NCBI GenBank assembly: GCA_964584075.1 | Contig: CAZOYV010000006.1 | Location: 1-62,213, forward strand | Source of the DNA: an uncultured Rickettsiales bacterium | GTDB taxonomy: Bacteria > Myxococcota_A > UBA796 > UBA9615 > CAYRNR01 | DNA length: 62,213 nt | Reading direction: 5' to 3' | Part shown: positions 51,705-60,815 of the stretch, piece after piece | How positions within the stretch are numbered: the stretch's first letter is position 1 | Layout: every line of letters starts with the position of its first letter | The notes under the pieces: generated by a model | What the model saw: only the letters and a program-made list of their open reading frames with translations | The model's database searches: none | Told to the model about the DNA's origin: nothing | Program-made: the position numbers and the translations under genes

Positions 51705-53357
51705 ATGACCGACGCCCCTGAGCCCCTGCGCCGCGAGTTCAGCACGCTGTTCGAGTTCCTCGACACGTTCCGCAGCGACATCCGCGACGGGTACCTGACC
51801 GTCGCCACGGAGGGCGAGTACGAGGCGGGATCGCGCTGCACGGTGGAGATCGAGGTCCCGATCTTCGAGGACGAGGTGGAGATCGAGGCGGAGGTCGTGG
51901 ACCTCGAGGAGGACGGGCTGACCCTGCGGCTCGAGGAGGACGACGACGGCTACGAGCGCCTGGAGTGGATCTTCGAGATGTGCGGCCGGTTCATCGAGGA
52001 GATGCTCAGCACCGGCCGGTTCAAGCTCGTCGCCCAGCCCGGCGCGGCGCCCGCGGCGCCCGCGGCGCCCGCTGCACGGGCCGGCGCGGTCCCGGCGGCG
52101 GCCCCGGTGGCGGCGGCCCCGGCAGCGGCGGCCCCGGCGGTCGACGGCGTACCGGCCGGGGTGGAGCCCCGGCGGACCGGAGAGCTGACCCCCGAGTCCT
52201 ATCGCCGGGTGCTGATGGACGCCTACAAGGAGCAGTTCCGGGGGGTGATCCAGCTGGACCACTCGCTGGGGACCACGACGCTGTTCTGCGAGCGCGGAGG
52301 CCCGGTCCAGGTGCGCGACGATCCGGTGGTCGTCGAGGAGTGCCTGGGCGTCCTGCTGACTCGCGCGGGCCGGCTCGACGAGGCGCAGCTCAAGGCCAGC
52401 CTCGAGGCGATGAACGAGACCGGCAAGCTCCAGGGGGAGGTGCTGATCGAACAGGGCCTGCTGACCTTCCCGGTGCTGGTGATGGCCCTGATGAAGCAGA
52501 CCGAGATGAAGGTCCTGCGGCTCCACGAGCAGGCCGAGGGCAGCTTCGCGGTGTACCCGCTGGAGCGCCACCGGACCAAGTTCATCACGCCGCCGCTGAA
52601 GGTCCCGGCGGTGCTGTTCAAGATGATGCGGGCCAAGTTCGACGAGGTCACCGGCGAGCAGATCGCCGAGCTCCAGCGGCCGTACCTCGACCTGTACAGC
52701 CGCGTCGTGATCGACTTCCCGGTGGACGACCTGCAGCTGAAGAAGACCGAGCAGGAGTTCCTCGACATCCTCGGCCGCCGCAGCTACCGGCTGCGGCAGA
52801 TCTACAGCGTCAGCAACCTGGGCCGCCAGGCCACGGCGCTGAACCTGCTGGCCCTGATCGAGCTGGGGATCCTGCAGTTCGACAAGGAGGAGGACAAGAC
52901 CCAGGTGATGGGCAACCTGGAGTCGAAGCTCCAGACCAAGCACCGCGCGATCCAGGACCAGAACCACTTCGAGCAGCTGGAGATCCACTGGGCGGCGCGG
53001 GACAAGGACGTGGAGAGCGGCTACGCCCGGCTCAAGGAGGAGTGGGAGGCGATCGGGGAGGGCGTGACGCTGCCCCCCGAGCTGGCCCAGATGCGGGCCG
53101 AGATCCTCGAGACGCTCGAGACCGCCTACGAGATGCTGCGCGACAAGCAGTCGCGCCAGACCTACCGCGCCGAGCACTACGAGGCCCAGCAGATCCAGTT
53201 CAGCGCCGACATCTTCTTCCGCCAGGGCGAGATGCTGATGATCAAGAAGCGCTGGAGAGAGGTGCAGGAGAACTTCGAACGCGCCGCGGAGCTGCGGCCC
53301 GGCAACCGCAAGTACCAGAGCGCGGTGGCGTCGCTGAAGAACCTCCCGCGGGACTGA
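51705..53357 (+). CDS. PilZ-like + DUF4388-like + J-domain-like + TPR protein (~550 aa)
   Basis: N-terminal beta domain (IEAEVV..DGLTLRL), A/P linker, LFCERGGP..LGVLLTRAGRL..QGEVLIEQGLL, then NHFEQLEI..VESGYARL..LETAYEMLRD..R.TY and one TPR. Confidence 0.7.
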   Translation: MTDAPEPLRREFSTLFEFLDTFRSDIRDGYLTVATEGEYEAGSRCTVEIEVPIFEDEVEIEAEVVDLEEDGLTLRLEEDDDGYERLEWIFEMCGRFIEEMLSTGRFKLVAQPGAAPAAPAAPAARAGAVPAAAPVAAAPAAAAPAVDGVPAGVEPRRTGELTPESYRRVLMDAYKEQFRGVIQLDHSLGTTTLFCERGGPVQVRDDPVVVEECLGVLLTRAGRLDEAQLKASLEAMNETGKLQGEVLIEQGLLTFPVLVMALMKQTEMKVLRLHEQAEGSFAVYPLERHRTKFITPPLKVPAVLFKMMRAKFDEVTGEQIAELQRPYLDLYSRVVIDFPVDDLQLKKTEQEFLDILGRRSYRLRQIYSVSNLGRQATALNLLALIELGILQFDKEEDKTQVMGNLESKLQTKHRAIQDQNHFEQLEIHWAARDKDVESGYARLKEEWEAIGEGVTLPPELAQMRAEILETLETAYEMLRDKQSRQTYRAEHYEAQQIQFSADIFFRQGEMLMIKKRWREVQENFERAAELRPGNRKYQSAVASLKNLPRD

Positions 53358-53363
53358 TCCGCG

Positions 53364-54590
53364 CTACGGACGCGTCGCGTCGTTCCCCGGGCCGTCGCGG
53401 GCCAGCAGGTCCAGGGCCGTCGCGGCGAGCACGATCACCCCGTCGGGCAGGCAGCCCTCGTCCAGATCGAAGGTGCTGGTGTGCAGCTGCCGCGGCTCGC
53501 GGTCCGGGGTCGTGCAGCCGAGGCGGACCATCGCCCCCGGGGCCTCGGGGAGGTACCGGCTGAAGTCCTCGGCGCCCATGCTCGGCTTCTCGATCCACCG
53601 GATCCGCTCCGGACCGAGCGTCGCCTCGACCGTGGCACGGAGCCGCTGGATCAGGGCCCGGTCGTTGATCACCGGGTCCGCCCCGCGCTGCAGCTCGACG
53701 CGGAACGAGCCGCCCCACGTGGTGCTGACCCCACCGGCGACGCGCCGGATCAGATCGGGGATCTGCTGCATCTGCGCCAGGGAGGCGGTGCGCACCGAGC
53801 CGGCGATCTCGACCTGGTCGGGGATCACGTTGGGGGCCTGGCCGCCGTGGATCTCGCCGATGGTGACGATCACCGGCTCCAGGGCGTCGAGCCGCCGGTC
53901 GACGGCGAGCATCAGGTCCTGGACCAGCTTGCTGGCGATGAACACCGGGTCCACCGAGAGGTGCGGGCGCGCCGAGTGCCCGCCCTGGCCCTCGACCACC
54001 AGCCGGAACGTGGCGATGCTGGCGGTCAGGGCCCCGACCCGCAGGCCGATCCGGCCGGTGGGCAGGGTCGGGTCGACGTGCAGCGCGAGGATCGCCTCGA
54101 CGCCGTCCATCGCCCCGCGCTGGACCATCTGGATCGCGCCGCCGGGGTTGGCCTCCTCGGCGGGCTGGAAGATCAGCCGGATGCGCCCCGGGATGGCGTC
54201 CCGGCGGCGCGCCAGCAGGGTCGCCACGCCCAGCAGGATCGCGGTGTGGGCGTCGTGCCCGCAGGCGTGCATCACGCCGGCGCGGCAGGAGCGGTACTCC
54301 ACCTCCTTGGCGTCCTGGATCGGGAGGCCGTCGATGTCGGCCCGCAGGGCGACGGTGCGCGGTGCGTCCGCGTCGCCGGCCCCGAGGTCGAGGATCAGCC
54401 CGGTGCGGCCCTCGTCGAGGCGGGGGGACACGCCCAGCGCCCGCAGCTGCTGCACCAGGTAGGCGGTGGTCTCGCGCTCCTCGTAGCCCAGCTCGGGGTG
54501 GCGGTGCAGGTGGCGGCGCCAGCGCACCAGCTGGGGCTGCAGCTGCTGCGCCTCGTCGCGCAGCGCGCGCGCTAGCTCTTCAGGCGTCAT
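53364..54590 (-). CDS. M20D family amidohydrolase
   Basis: RRHLHRHPELGYEE, ALRADIDGLP, MHACGHDAHT, FQPAEE, GGHSARPH and SMGAEDFS. Confidence 0.93.
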   Translation of the reverse strand: MTPEELARALRDEAQQLQPQLVRWRRHLHRHPELGYEERETTAYLVQQLRALGVSPRLDEGRTGLILDLGAGDADAPRTVALRADIDGLPIQDAKEVEYRSCRAGVMHACGHDAHTAILLGVATLLARRRDAIPGRIRLIFQPAEEANPGGAIQMVQRGAMDGVEAILALHVDPTLPTGRIGLRVGALTASIATFRLVVEGQGGHSARPHLSVDPVFIASKLVQDLMLAVDRRLDALEPVIVTIGEIHGGQAPNVIPDQVEIAGSVRTASLAQMQQIPDLIRRVAGGVSTTWGGSFRVELQRGADPVINDRALIQRLRATVEATLGPERIRWIEKPSMGAEDFSRYLPEAPGAMVRLGCTTPDREPRQLHTSTFDLDEGCLPDGVIVLAATALDLLARDGPGNDATRP

Positions 54591-55380
54591 CGCCGAACAG
54601 CACCTCGTCCATCGAGTAGCGGCCGGGCACCCGGCCCGGGGTGTGGACCCACGCCGCGGCGCGCAGGGCGCCCAGCGCGAAGATGCGGCGGTCGCCCGCG
54701 CGGTGGACCAGCTCCAGGCGCTCGCCCTCGCCCAGCAGGTAGACCGTGTGCTCGCCGGGGACGTCGCCACCGCGGACCGCGTGGATCCCCAGCTCACCGT
54801 CGGGGCGCGGACCCACCGCGCCGCGGCGCCCTCCGAGGCGCTGCGCCGGTGCCGCGCCCAGGTCGTCGGCGAGGGCCAGCGCCGTGCCGCTGGGGGCGTC
54901 GACCTTGCGGCGGTGGTGGATCTCGACCAGCTCGTGGTCCCACCCGGAGAGGGCCCGCGCGGCGTCGCGGACGAGGCGCCGCAGCACGTTGACGCCGAGG
55001 CTCATGTTGGGGGCGACGACCACCGGCACCTCGGCGGCCAGCGCCCCGATCGCCTCGTCGTGAGCCGGTCCCAGCCCGGTGGTGCCGATCACGGCCGGGA
55101 TCGGGCGCCGCCGCAGGGCCTCGAGCAGCACCGCGGTGCCGGCCGGGGCGCTGAAGTCGACGACCACCGCGGCCCCGGCCAGCGCCGCGCCGGGATCGCC
55201 GGTGGCCGTCACGCCGTCGGCCACGGCGGCCCCGGCCTCGTCGGGCGCGACCAGCGCGCCGGCCAGCGACCAGCCGGGGCGCTCGCCGATGGCGCGGACC
55301 ACCAGCCCTCCGGTGGTCCCGGTGGCGCCGCAGACGGTGACGGGGATCGGGACCGCTGGCGGCTCAGGCAACGACGCCAC
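54580..55380 (-). CDS. dapB: 4-hydroxy-tetrahydrodipicolinate reductase
   Basis: GATGTTG, VVDFSAP, VIGTTG, APNMSLGVN, EIHHRRKVDAPSGTA, RGGDVPGEH and FALGALRAA. Confidence 0.96.
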   Translation of the reverse strand: MASLPEPPAVPIPVTVCGATGTTGGLVVRAIGERPGWSLAGALVAPDEAGAAVADGVTATGDPGAALAGAAVVVDFSAPAGTAVLLEALRRRPIPAVIGTTGLGPAHDEAIGALAAEVPVVVAPNMSLGVNVLRRLVRDAARALSGWDHELVEIHHRRKVDAPSGTALALADDLGAAPAQRLGGRRGAVGPRPDGELGIHAVRGGDVPGEHTVYLLGEGERLELVHRAGDRRIFALGALRAAAWVHTPGRVPGRYSMDEVLFGDDA

Positions 55381-56245
55381 CCGCGCTCAGCATCTCGCGC
55401 AGCAGCGCCTTGTCCGCCTCGCTCATCTGGGCCAGCGGGGTACGGACCTCGTCGGAGTCGATCAGGCCCACGGTCTGGGCCGCGACCTTGACGCCCAGCG
55501 GGTTGACCTCGGACAGCATCGCGCGGATGACGCCGAAGTAAGTGTAGTGGAGCTCGCGGGCCTCGTCGAGGTCGCCCCAGCTGTACATCTTGTAGAGCTT
55601 GGCGAACGGCTCGGGGATCACGTTGCTGACCGCCGAGACGATGCCCTTGGCGCCCAGAGCGAGCATCGGCAGGAACGCGGTGTCGTCCCCGGCGAGCACC
55701 GCCGCGTGGTCGCCCGCCGCGGCGATCACCTGCGAGGCGCGCTCCATGTCGACGGTGGCCTCCTTGATCGCCTCGACGTTGGGCAGCACCGCCAGCGAGG
55801 CGATCGTGTCGGGGGCCAGCGAGACCCCGGTCCGCCCGGGCACGTTGTACAGGATGATCGACGTCTCGACCGCGTCGGCCACGGCCCGGAAGTGGACGTC
55901 GAGGCCGGCCTGGTTCGGCTTGTTGTAGTACGGCGTGACGACCAGCAGGCCGTCCACCGCCAGCTGCTCCATGCGGCGCGCGTTCTCGATCGTCGTCTGG
56001 GTGTTGTTGGACCCGACGCCGGCGACCACGGGGACCCGTCCGCCGACCTCCTCCATCACCCACTCGACCATCTGGATCTGCTCCCGCTGCGTCAGCGCCG
56101 GGGTCTCCCCGGTGGTGCCGTTGACCACCAGGCCGTCGACCCCGTGCTCGATCTGCGACTCCAGCAGGCTCTTGAGGCTGCCGTGGTCCAGCTCGCCGTC
56201 CTTCATCGGGGTGATCAGGGCGGTGAAGACTCCCTTGTACCGCAT
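55364..56245 (-). CDS. dapA: 4-hydroxy-tetrahydrodipicolinate synthase
   Basis: GVFTALITP, GTTGE, PYYNKP, LYNVPGRTG, IKEA and NPLGVK. Confidence 0.96.
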   Translation of the reverse strand: MRYKGVFTALITPMKDGELDHGSLKSLLESQIEHGVDGLVVNGTTGETPALTQREQIQMVEWVMEEVGGRVPVVAGVGSNNTQTTIENARRMEQLAVDGLLVVTPYYNKPNQAGLDVHFRAVADAVETSIILYNVPGRTGVSLAPDTIASLAVLPNVEAIKEATVDMERASQVIAAAGDHAAVLAGDDTAFLPMLALGAKGIVSAVSNVIPEPFAKLYKMYSWGDLDEARELHYTYFGVIRAMLSEVNPLGVKVAAQTVGLIDSDEVRTPLAQMSEADKALLREMLSAGGVVA

Positions 56246-56256
56246 GGCGTGTCTCC

Positions 56257-57087
56257 CTATCCGTCGATGGTCTCGAAGCGTCCCTCGTACACGCGCCGGG
56301 CCGGACCCGACAGCCACATCGCGTCACCCCGCCGGCCGCTCCAGCGGACCCGCAGCGAGCCGCCCGGCATCGCGATCTCCACGTCAGAGCGTACCACCCC
56401 CGCGCCGATCAGTGCTGCCGCGGCCGCGCACGCGCCCGAGCCGCACGCCCGCGTCTCCCCCACGCCGCGTTCCCACACCCGGGCCTCGATCCGGTCCGCC
56501 GCGCACACCCGCGCGAGCTCGACGTTGACCCCGTGCGGGAAGGCGGGGTGGCGGGCCGCGGCCGCGCCGACCGCTGCCAGATCGGGCGCTGGGCCTTCGT
56601 CGGGGGCCCGGATCACCAGGTGGGGGTTGCCCATCGAGACCCGCCAGCCGCGCCAGCGGCCGCCATCGGCATCGAGCTCGACGTCCGGCTCGGGGGTGGG
56701 CGTCGGGCCGGCGGCGAACACCGCGCCGAGGTCCACGGACCAGATCCCGTCGCCGCGCCGCGCGGCCACCGGGCCGGCGTCGGTCTGCAGCGTCAGCGTC
56801 CCGTCGCCCGGGACGCGGCCGTGGTCCTCGAGGTAGCGCGCCGCGCAGCGCAGCCCGTTGCCGCTGAGCTCCGCGCGGCCACCGTCGGCGTTGATCACCA
56901 CCACCCGGTGGGCATCGCCCTCGGGGGTGACGCGCAGCAGCCCGTCGGCCCCGGCCCCGCGCCGGCGCGGGCACAGCGCCCGGGCCAGCGACGCGAGCCG
57001 GTCATCGGCGGCGTCGTCGGGATCGACGATCAGGAAGTCGTTCTCGGCGGCCTGGTACTTCTCGAACGAGACGCTGCCCACGCGCAC
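56257..57087 (-). CDS. dapF: Diaminopimelate epimerase (first catalytic Cys replaced by Ser)
   Basis: FEKYQAAENDF, GADGLL, NADGGRAELSGNG, MGNPH, FPHGVNVE, RVWERGVGETRACGSG and PGGSL. Confidence 0.92.
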   Translation of the reverse strand: MRVGSVSFEKYQAAENDFLIVDPDDAADDRLASLARALCPRRRGAGADGLLRVTPEGDAHRVVVINADGGRAELSGNGLRCAARYLEDHGRVPGDGTLTLQTDAGPVAARRGDGIWSVDLGAVFAAGPTPTPEPDVELDADGGRWRGWRVSMGNPHLVIRAPDEGPAPDLAAVGAAAARHPAFPHGVNVELARVCAADRIEARVWERGVGETRACGSGACAAAAALIGAGVVRSDVEIAMPGGSLRVRWSGRRGDAMWLSGPARRVYEGRFETIDG

Positions 57088-57130
57088 ATGCCCCCGCCCG
57101 TCCTCGCGCGCGATCCCGGTGCGAGGCGAG

Positions 57131-58471
57131 TCAGAAGCGGATGATACCGCGAATCTCGGTTCCGAACACGGCCTCGCGGTAGGGCTCGTACAGCGGGCCG
57201 GGGACCATCACGCCCACCGTGCCGGCGAGCTCGAAGTTCTCGTACAGCCGCCAGGTGGCGCCGAGGTCGACCTCGACGGCGAGGTGCAGGTCGTCGCCCT
57301 CGAGGTCCGGATCGGGGTCGACCAGCTGGCGGGCGGCGATGAAGTCGAGGCGGACGCGGACGTTGTCCAGCGGGTCGATGTAGCCGCTGGGCTTGACGTA
57401 GAAGCAGTTGGCGACGCCCATCCCGGTGACCGCCTGGCTCTCGTCGATCCCGCCGCCCTGGAGCTTGAAGCTGGGCATCGGGTTCTCGAACAGCAGCAGC
57501 GCGATGTCGTAGTCCCGGTCGAACGTGAAGGTGTGGATCTTCTCGTCGTCGAGGTCCTTGTCGCCGGTGGCCAGGCCCAGCTGGAACTCGGCGCCGAACG
57601 GCAGGATCTCGATGCCCGCGGTGAACGCCCCGCCGCCGCCGAGGAGCTCGGCGTTCTCGATGTTGAGCGACGAGAGGTTGCCCTTGCCGTACTGCAGCGC
57701 GGCCTCGAGCTCGACCTTCAGCGGGCCCAGCCGGGTGCGGCCCCACAGGTCGACGTAGAGCGTGTTCCAGCTGTCGGCCGGCATCCGCCGCCAGTGGACG
57801 TACAGCCCGGCGCTGTGCACGTCGCTGAGGAACCCGCCGGCGAAGGTGATGCCCCAGATGTCGTCGTCCTCGTTGATCAGCCCCTCGAGGTAGGTGTCGA
57901 ACGCCAGCGACAGCTGGATCGGACCGATCCGGCCGAGGACCTGGACGCGGTCGACGGTGTCGCCGTAGAACGCGTTGTCCGCGTTTCCGTCGTTGACCAT
58001 CACGCCCATGCCCCAGTGGTTGCCCATCCGGCCGAAGCGGAAGTCGACGTACGGCGTCCAGATCTCGCCCCAGACCCGCTTGACCACCGCCGCCAGCGCG
58101 TAGTCCGCCGGGGGGACGATGCCCTCGGTGAGCTGGGGCGGGTCGGCGTAGGCATCGCCGGTCGCGCCGGTCAGCCCGGTGGTGACCAGGGTCCCGGCGT
58201 CGGAGCCGAAGATCTGCAGGTCGAGCGCGTCGAGCTGGCCGTAGACGTGGACGTGGGGGTTGACCTCGAGGTGCGGGTTGAGCCGCAGCCGCTGGTCGAA
58301 GTACGCGCGGTTCTCCTCGGAGAGCTCCCCCTCGCGGTCCAGCGAGAGGGTGTCATAGAGATAGAAGCGCGTGCGATCGTAGCCCTCGAGGTGGAGGTCC
58401 ACGGCCTGCGCGAGACCGGGGACCGACAGCGACACGAGGAGGAGGATCGCGAGGGTGTGGGTTCGCTGCAA
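57131..58471 (-). CDS. Outer-membrane beta-barrel protein (alginate-export/TIGR04551-like)
   Basis: TTG start after AGGAG. Signal peptide. DFRFGRMGNHWGMG, alternating strands, C-terminal RF. Confidence 0.75.
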   Translation of the reverse strand: MQRTHTLAILLLVSLSVPGLAQAVDLHLEGYDRTRFYLYDTLSLDREGELSEENRAYFDQRLRLNPHLEVNPHVHVYGQLDALDLQIFGSDAGTLVTTGLTGATGDAYADPPQLTEGIVPPADYALAAVVKRVWGEIWTPYVDFRFGRMGNHWGMGVMVNDGNADNAFYGDTVDRVQVLGRIGPIQLSLAFDTYLEGLINEDDDIWGITFAGGFLSDVHSAGLYVHWRRMPADSWNTLYVDLWGRTRLGPLKVELEAALQYGKGNLSSLNIENAELLGGGGAFTAGIEILPFGAEFQLGLATGDKDLDDEKIHTFTFDRDYDIALLLFENPMPSFKLQGGGIDESQAVTGMGVANCFYVKPSGYIDPLDNVRVRLDFIAARQLVDPDPDLEGDDLHLAVEVDLGATWRLYENFELAGTVGVMVPGPLYEPYREAVFGTEIRGIIRF

Positions 58472-58506
58472 CAGTTGCTCCTGCGGGCACGGCGAGGGAC
58501 CGGGAC

Positions 58507-58535
58507 TGCGTACCACCGCCCCCTGGACGTGTCAA
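58507..58535 (-). promoter_or_regulatory. Candidate sigma70 promoter for the barrel gene (and possibly the dap genes)
   Basis: Minus strand TTGACA-N17-TACGCA with an extended TG. Confidence 0.5.
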
Positions 58536-58576
58536 GCTGGGGCGGCGCGGAGCGGGCCCGCCCGGCAGCCCCGGAG

Positions 58577-58607
58577 TTGACACCGGTGCGGCGCCCTCCG
58601 ATAGCAT
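58577..58607 (+). promoter_or_regulatory. Candidate sigma70 promoter for fbp
   Basis: TTGACA-N19-TAGCAT; the spacer is long. Confidence 0.4.
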
Positions 58608-58629
58608 CGCGAGACCTGCGGAGGCGACC

Positions 58630-59682
58630 GTGAGCGTCGAGATCGGCATCACCCTGACCCAGCACATCCTCAACGAGCAGCGGATGCACCCCACCGCCCG
58701 GGGGGACCTCACCGGATTGCTGACCCAGATCGGCGTGGCGGCCAAGATCATCACCGCCCAGATCCGCCGCGCCGGGCTGGTCGACGTGCTGGGCTCCACC
58801 GGGCGCAAGAACGTCCACGGCGAGGTCGTCCAGAACCTGGACGAGCTGGCCAACAGCACGATGCTGCACACGCTGGCGGCGTCGGGCTTCGTCGCGGCGA
58901 TGGCCAGCGAGGAGGAGCAGGACTACGTCGAGGTCCGCGAGCAGAAGCGCGGCACCTACGTGGTGATGTTCGACCCCCTCGACGGCTCGTCCAACATCGA
59001 CGCCAACATCAGCATCGGCACGATCTTCGGCATCTACCGCAAGGCCTCGCCGGGCTACGACGTCACCCGCCGCGACTTCCTGCGCCCCGGCCGCGAGCAG
59101 GTCGCCGCGGGGTACGCGATCTACGGCAGCTCGACGATGTTCATCTACAGCACCGGCCACGGGGTCCACGGCTTCACCCTCGACCCCACCGTCGGCGAGT
59201 TCCTGCTCAGCCACCCGGACCTGCGGGTGCCCTCGGAGACCCGGAGCCTGAGCATCAACACCTGCAACTCGCCGTACTGGGCCGACTGGGTCCACCGCTT
59301 CATGCAGGCCGTGATGGCGCGCAACGACCTGGACAAGCGCCGCATCTCGCACCGCTTCATCGGCAGCCTGGTGGCCGACTTCCACCGCAACCTGCTGCAG
59401 GGCGGCGTGTTCCTCTACCCCGACGACAGCTTCAACCGCGACGGCAAGCTGCGGCTGCTGTACGAGTGCAACCCGCTGGCGTTCCTCGCCGAGCAGGCCG
59501 GGGGGATGGCGACCAACGGCTGCGAGTCGATCCTCGACATCGTGCCCGAGACGCTGCACGACCGCGTGCCGCTGGTGATCGGCAACCGCGAGGCGGTGCA
59601 GCTCGCCGCCGACGTGCTGTGCGGCCGCGACCTGTCGGACTCGCAGGACCCCGACGCCGACCGAACCGTCAAGACGATCTAG
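58630..59682 (+). CDS. fbp: Class 1 fructose-1,6-bisphosphatase
   Basis: GEVVQNLD, ASEEE, FDPLDGSSNID, SIGTIFGIY, GSLVADFHR and GKLRLLYECNP. Confidence 0.96.
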   Translation: MSVEIGITLTQHILNEQRMHPTARGDLTGLLTQIGVAAKIITAQIRRAGLVDVLGSTGRKNVHGEVVQNLDELANSTMLHTLAASGFVAAMASEEEQDYVEVREQKRGTYVVMFDPLDGSSNIDANISIGTIFGIYRKASPGYDVTRRDFLRPGREQVAAGYAIYGSSTMFIYSTGHGVHGFTLDPTVGEFLLSHPDLRVPSETRSLSINTCNSPYWADWVHRFMQAVMARNDLDKRRISHRFIGSLVADFHRNLLQGGVFLYPDDSFNRDGKLRLLYECNPLAFLAEQAGGMATNGCESILDIVPETLHDRVPLVIGNREAVQLAADVLCGRDLSDSQDPDADRTVKTI

Positions 59683-59688
59683 CCCGCC

Positions 59689-60726
59689 TCACGAGACGAA
59701 CAGGAAGTCGCGGACCTCGACGAGCCGCGTCCCGGCCAGCCGTGCGCGGATCTCGGCGCGGGCGCCGCGGGCACCGACGGCGACGATCAGCAGGTCGAAC
59801 GACAGCGCCTCGACCTCGTCGGCGGGCCGCACCGGCGCGCCCTGGCGGGTGCGGCCGATCTTGGCCGGATCGATGTCCAGCACGGCGACGAGCTCGGCGG
59901 GCGAGCGGGCCAGCGCGCGCCGCCACGGCCGCGCCCCGACGCCCGCCCCCCAGACCACCACCCGCGACACCTCGGGCAGCCGCGTGCGGGCCAGGTGGTC
60001 CCACTTCAGCTCGAAGAACGACCGCCGCGCATAGCGCGGGTCGGTGCGCGTCAGCCGGTCGTCGCGGTCGGTCCAGCGCAGCAGCCGCTCGGGGAGCTTG
60101 TGGAACCGCGCGCCGGCGCGCAGGCAGCGCAGCCACAGGTCGTAGTCCTCGGGGAACGGCCCCTCGCGGTAGCCCCCGACGCGGCGCAGCAGCGCGGTGC
60201 GGACCACCACCGCGGGGTGGACCACCGGGTTCTCGACGAGGAACTCGCGGACGAAGTCGTCGTGGGCCTCGATCGAGTCCAGCCACGCGCCGTAGGCCCG
60301 GAAACCCCCGGCGGCGGGGCCGTCGGGGCGGGTGATCTCCACGCGGGTGTCGCACACGTCGACCTCGGGGTGCGTGGCCAGGAACGCCCGCTGCCGGGCG
60401 AGCCGCTCCGGGTGGGCCACGTCGTCGGCGTCCATCCGGGCCAGCAGCGGGGCGCGGGCCCGGGCCAGCCCGGCGTCCAGCGCCGCGACGATGCCGGCCG
60501 GTCGCGGCAGGCGCACCGGCTGGACGCGAGGATCGGCCGCGGCGTGGCGGGCCAGGACCGCGGGGGTGCCGTCCCGCGAGCCGTCGTCGACCACGACGAT
60601 CTGCAGCTCGCGGAGGCGCTGGTCGCGGATCGAGCGCAGCGCGGCGCCGACGGTCGCCTCGGCGTCGCGCACCGGGATCAGCACGGTCACGGCGGGCGTC
60701 GGGGTGGCGGCGGGATCGGCCGGCAC
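59689..60726 (-). CDS. Family 2 glycosyltransferase with a C-terminal Rossmann-like tail
   Basis: VLIPVRDA, VVDDGSRD, ARMDADD, HPAVV, EDYDLW, then VVWGAG. Confidence 0.92.
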   Translation of the reverse strand: MPADPAATPTPAVTVLIPVRDAEATVGAALRSIRDQRLRELQIVVVDDGSRDGTPAVLARHAAADPRVQPVRLPRPAGIVAALDAGLARARAPLLARMDADDVAHPERLARQRAFLATHPEVDVCDTRVEITRPDGPAAGGFRAYGAWLDSIEAHDDFVREFLVENPVVHPAVVVRTALLRRVGGYREGPFPEDYDLWLRCLRAGARFHKLPERLLRWTDRDDRLTRTDPRYARRSFFELKWDHLARTRLPEVSRVVVWGAGVGARPWRRALARSPAELVAVLDIDPAKIGRTRQGAPVRPADEVEALSFDLLIVAVGARGARAEIRARLAGTRLVEVRDFLFVS

Positions 60727-60815
60727 GGCATCTCCAGCGCGACCGGGGGGCCGCGGATCGTCCCGGGGATGATACCGCCGTGCCCGCTGCGGGGAATGCT
60801 GCTAGGCTGCGGGGG

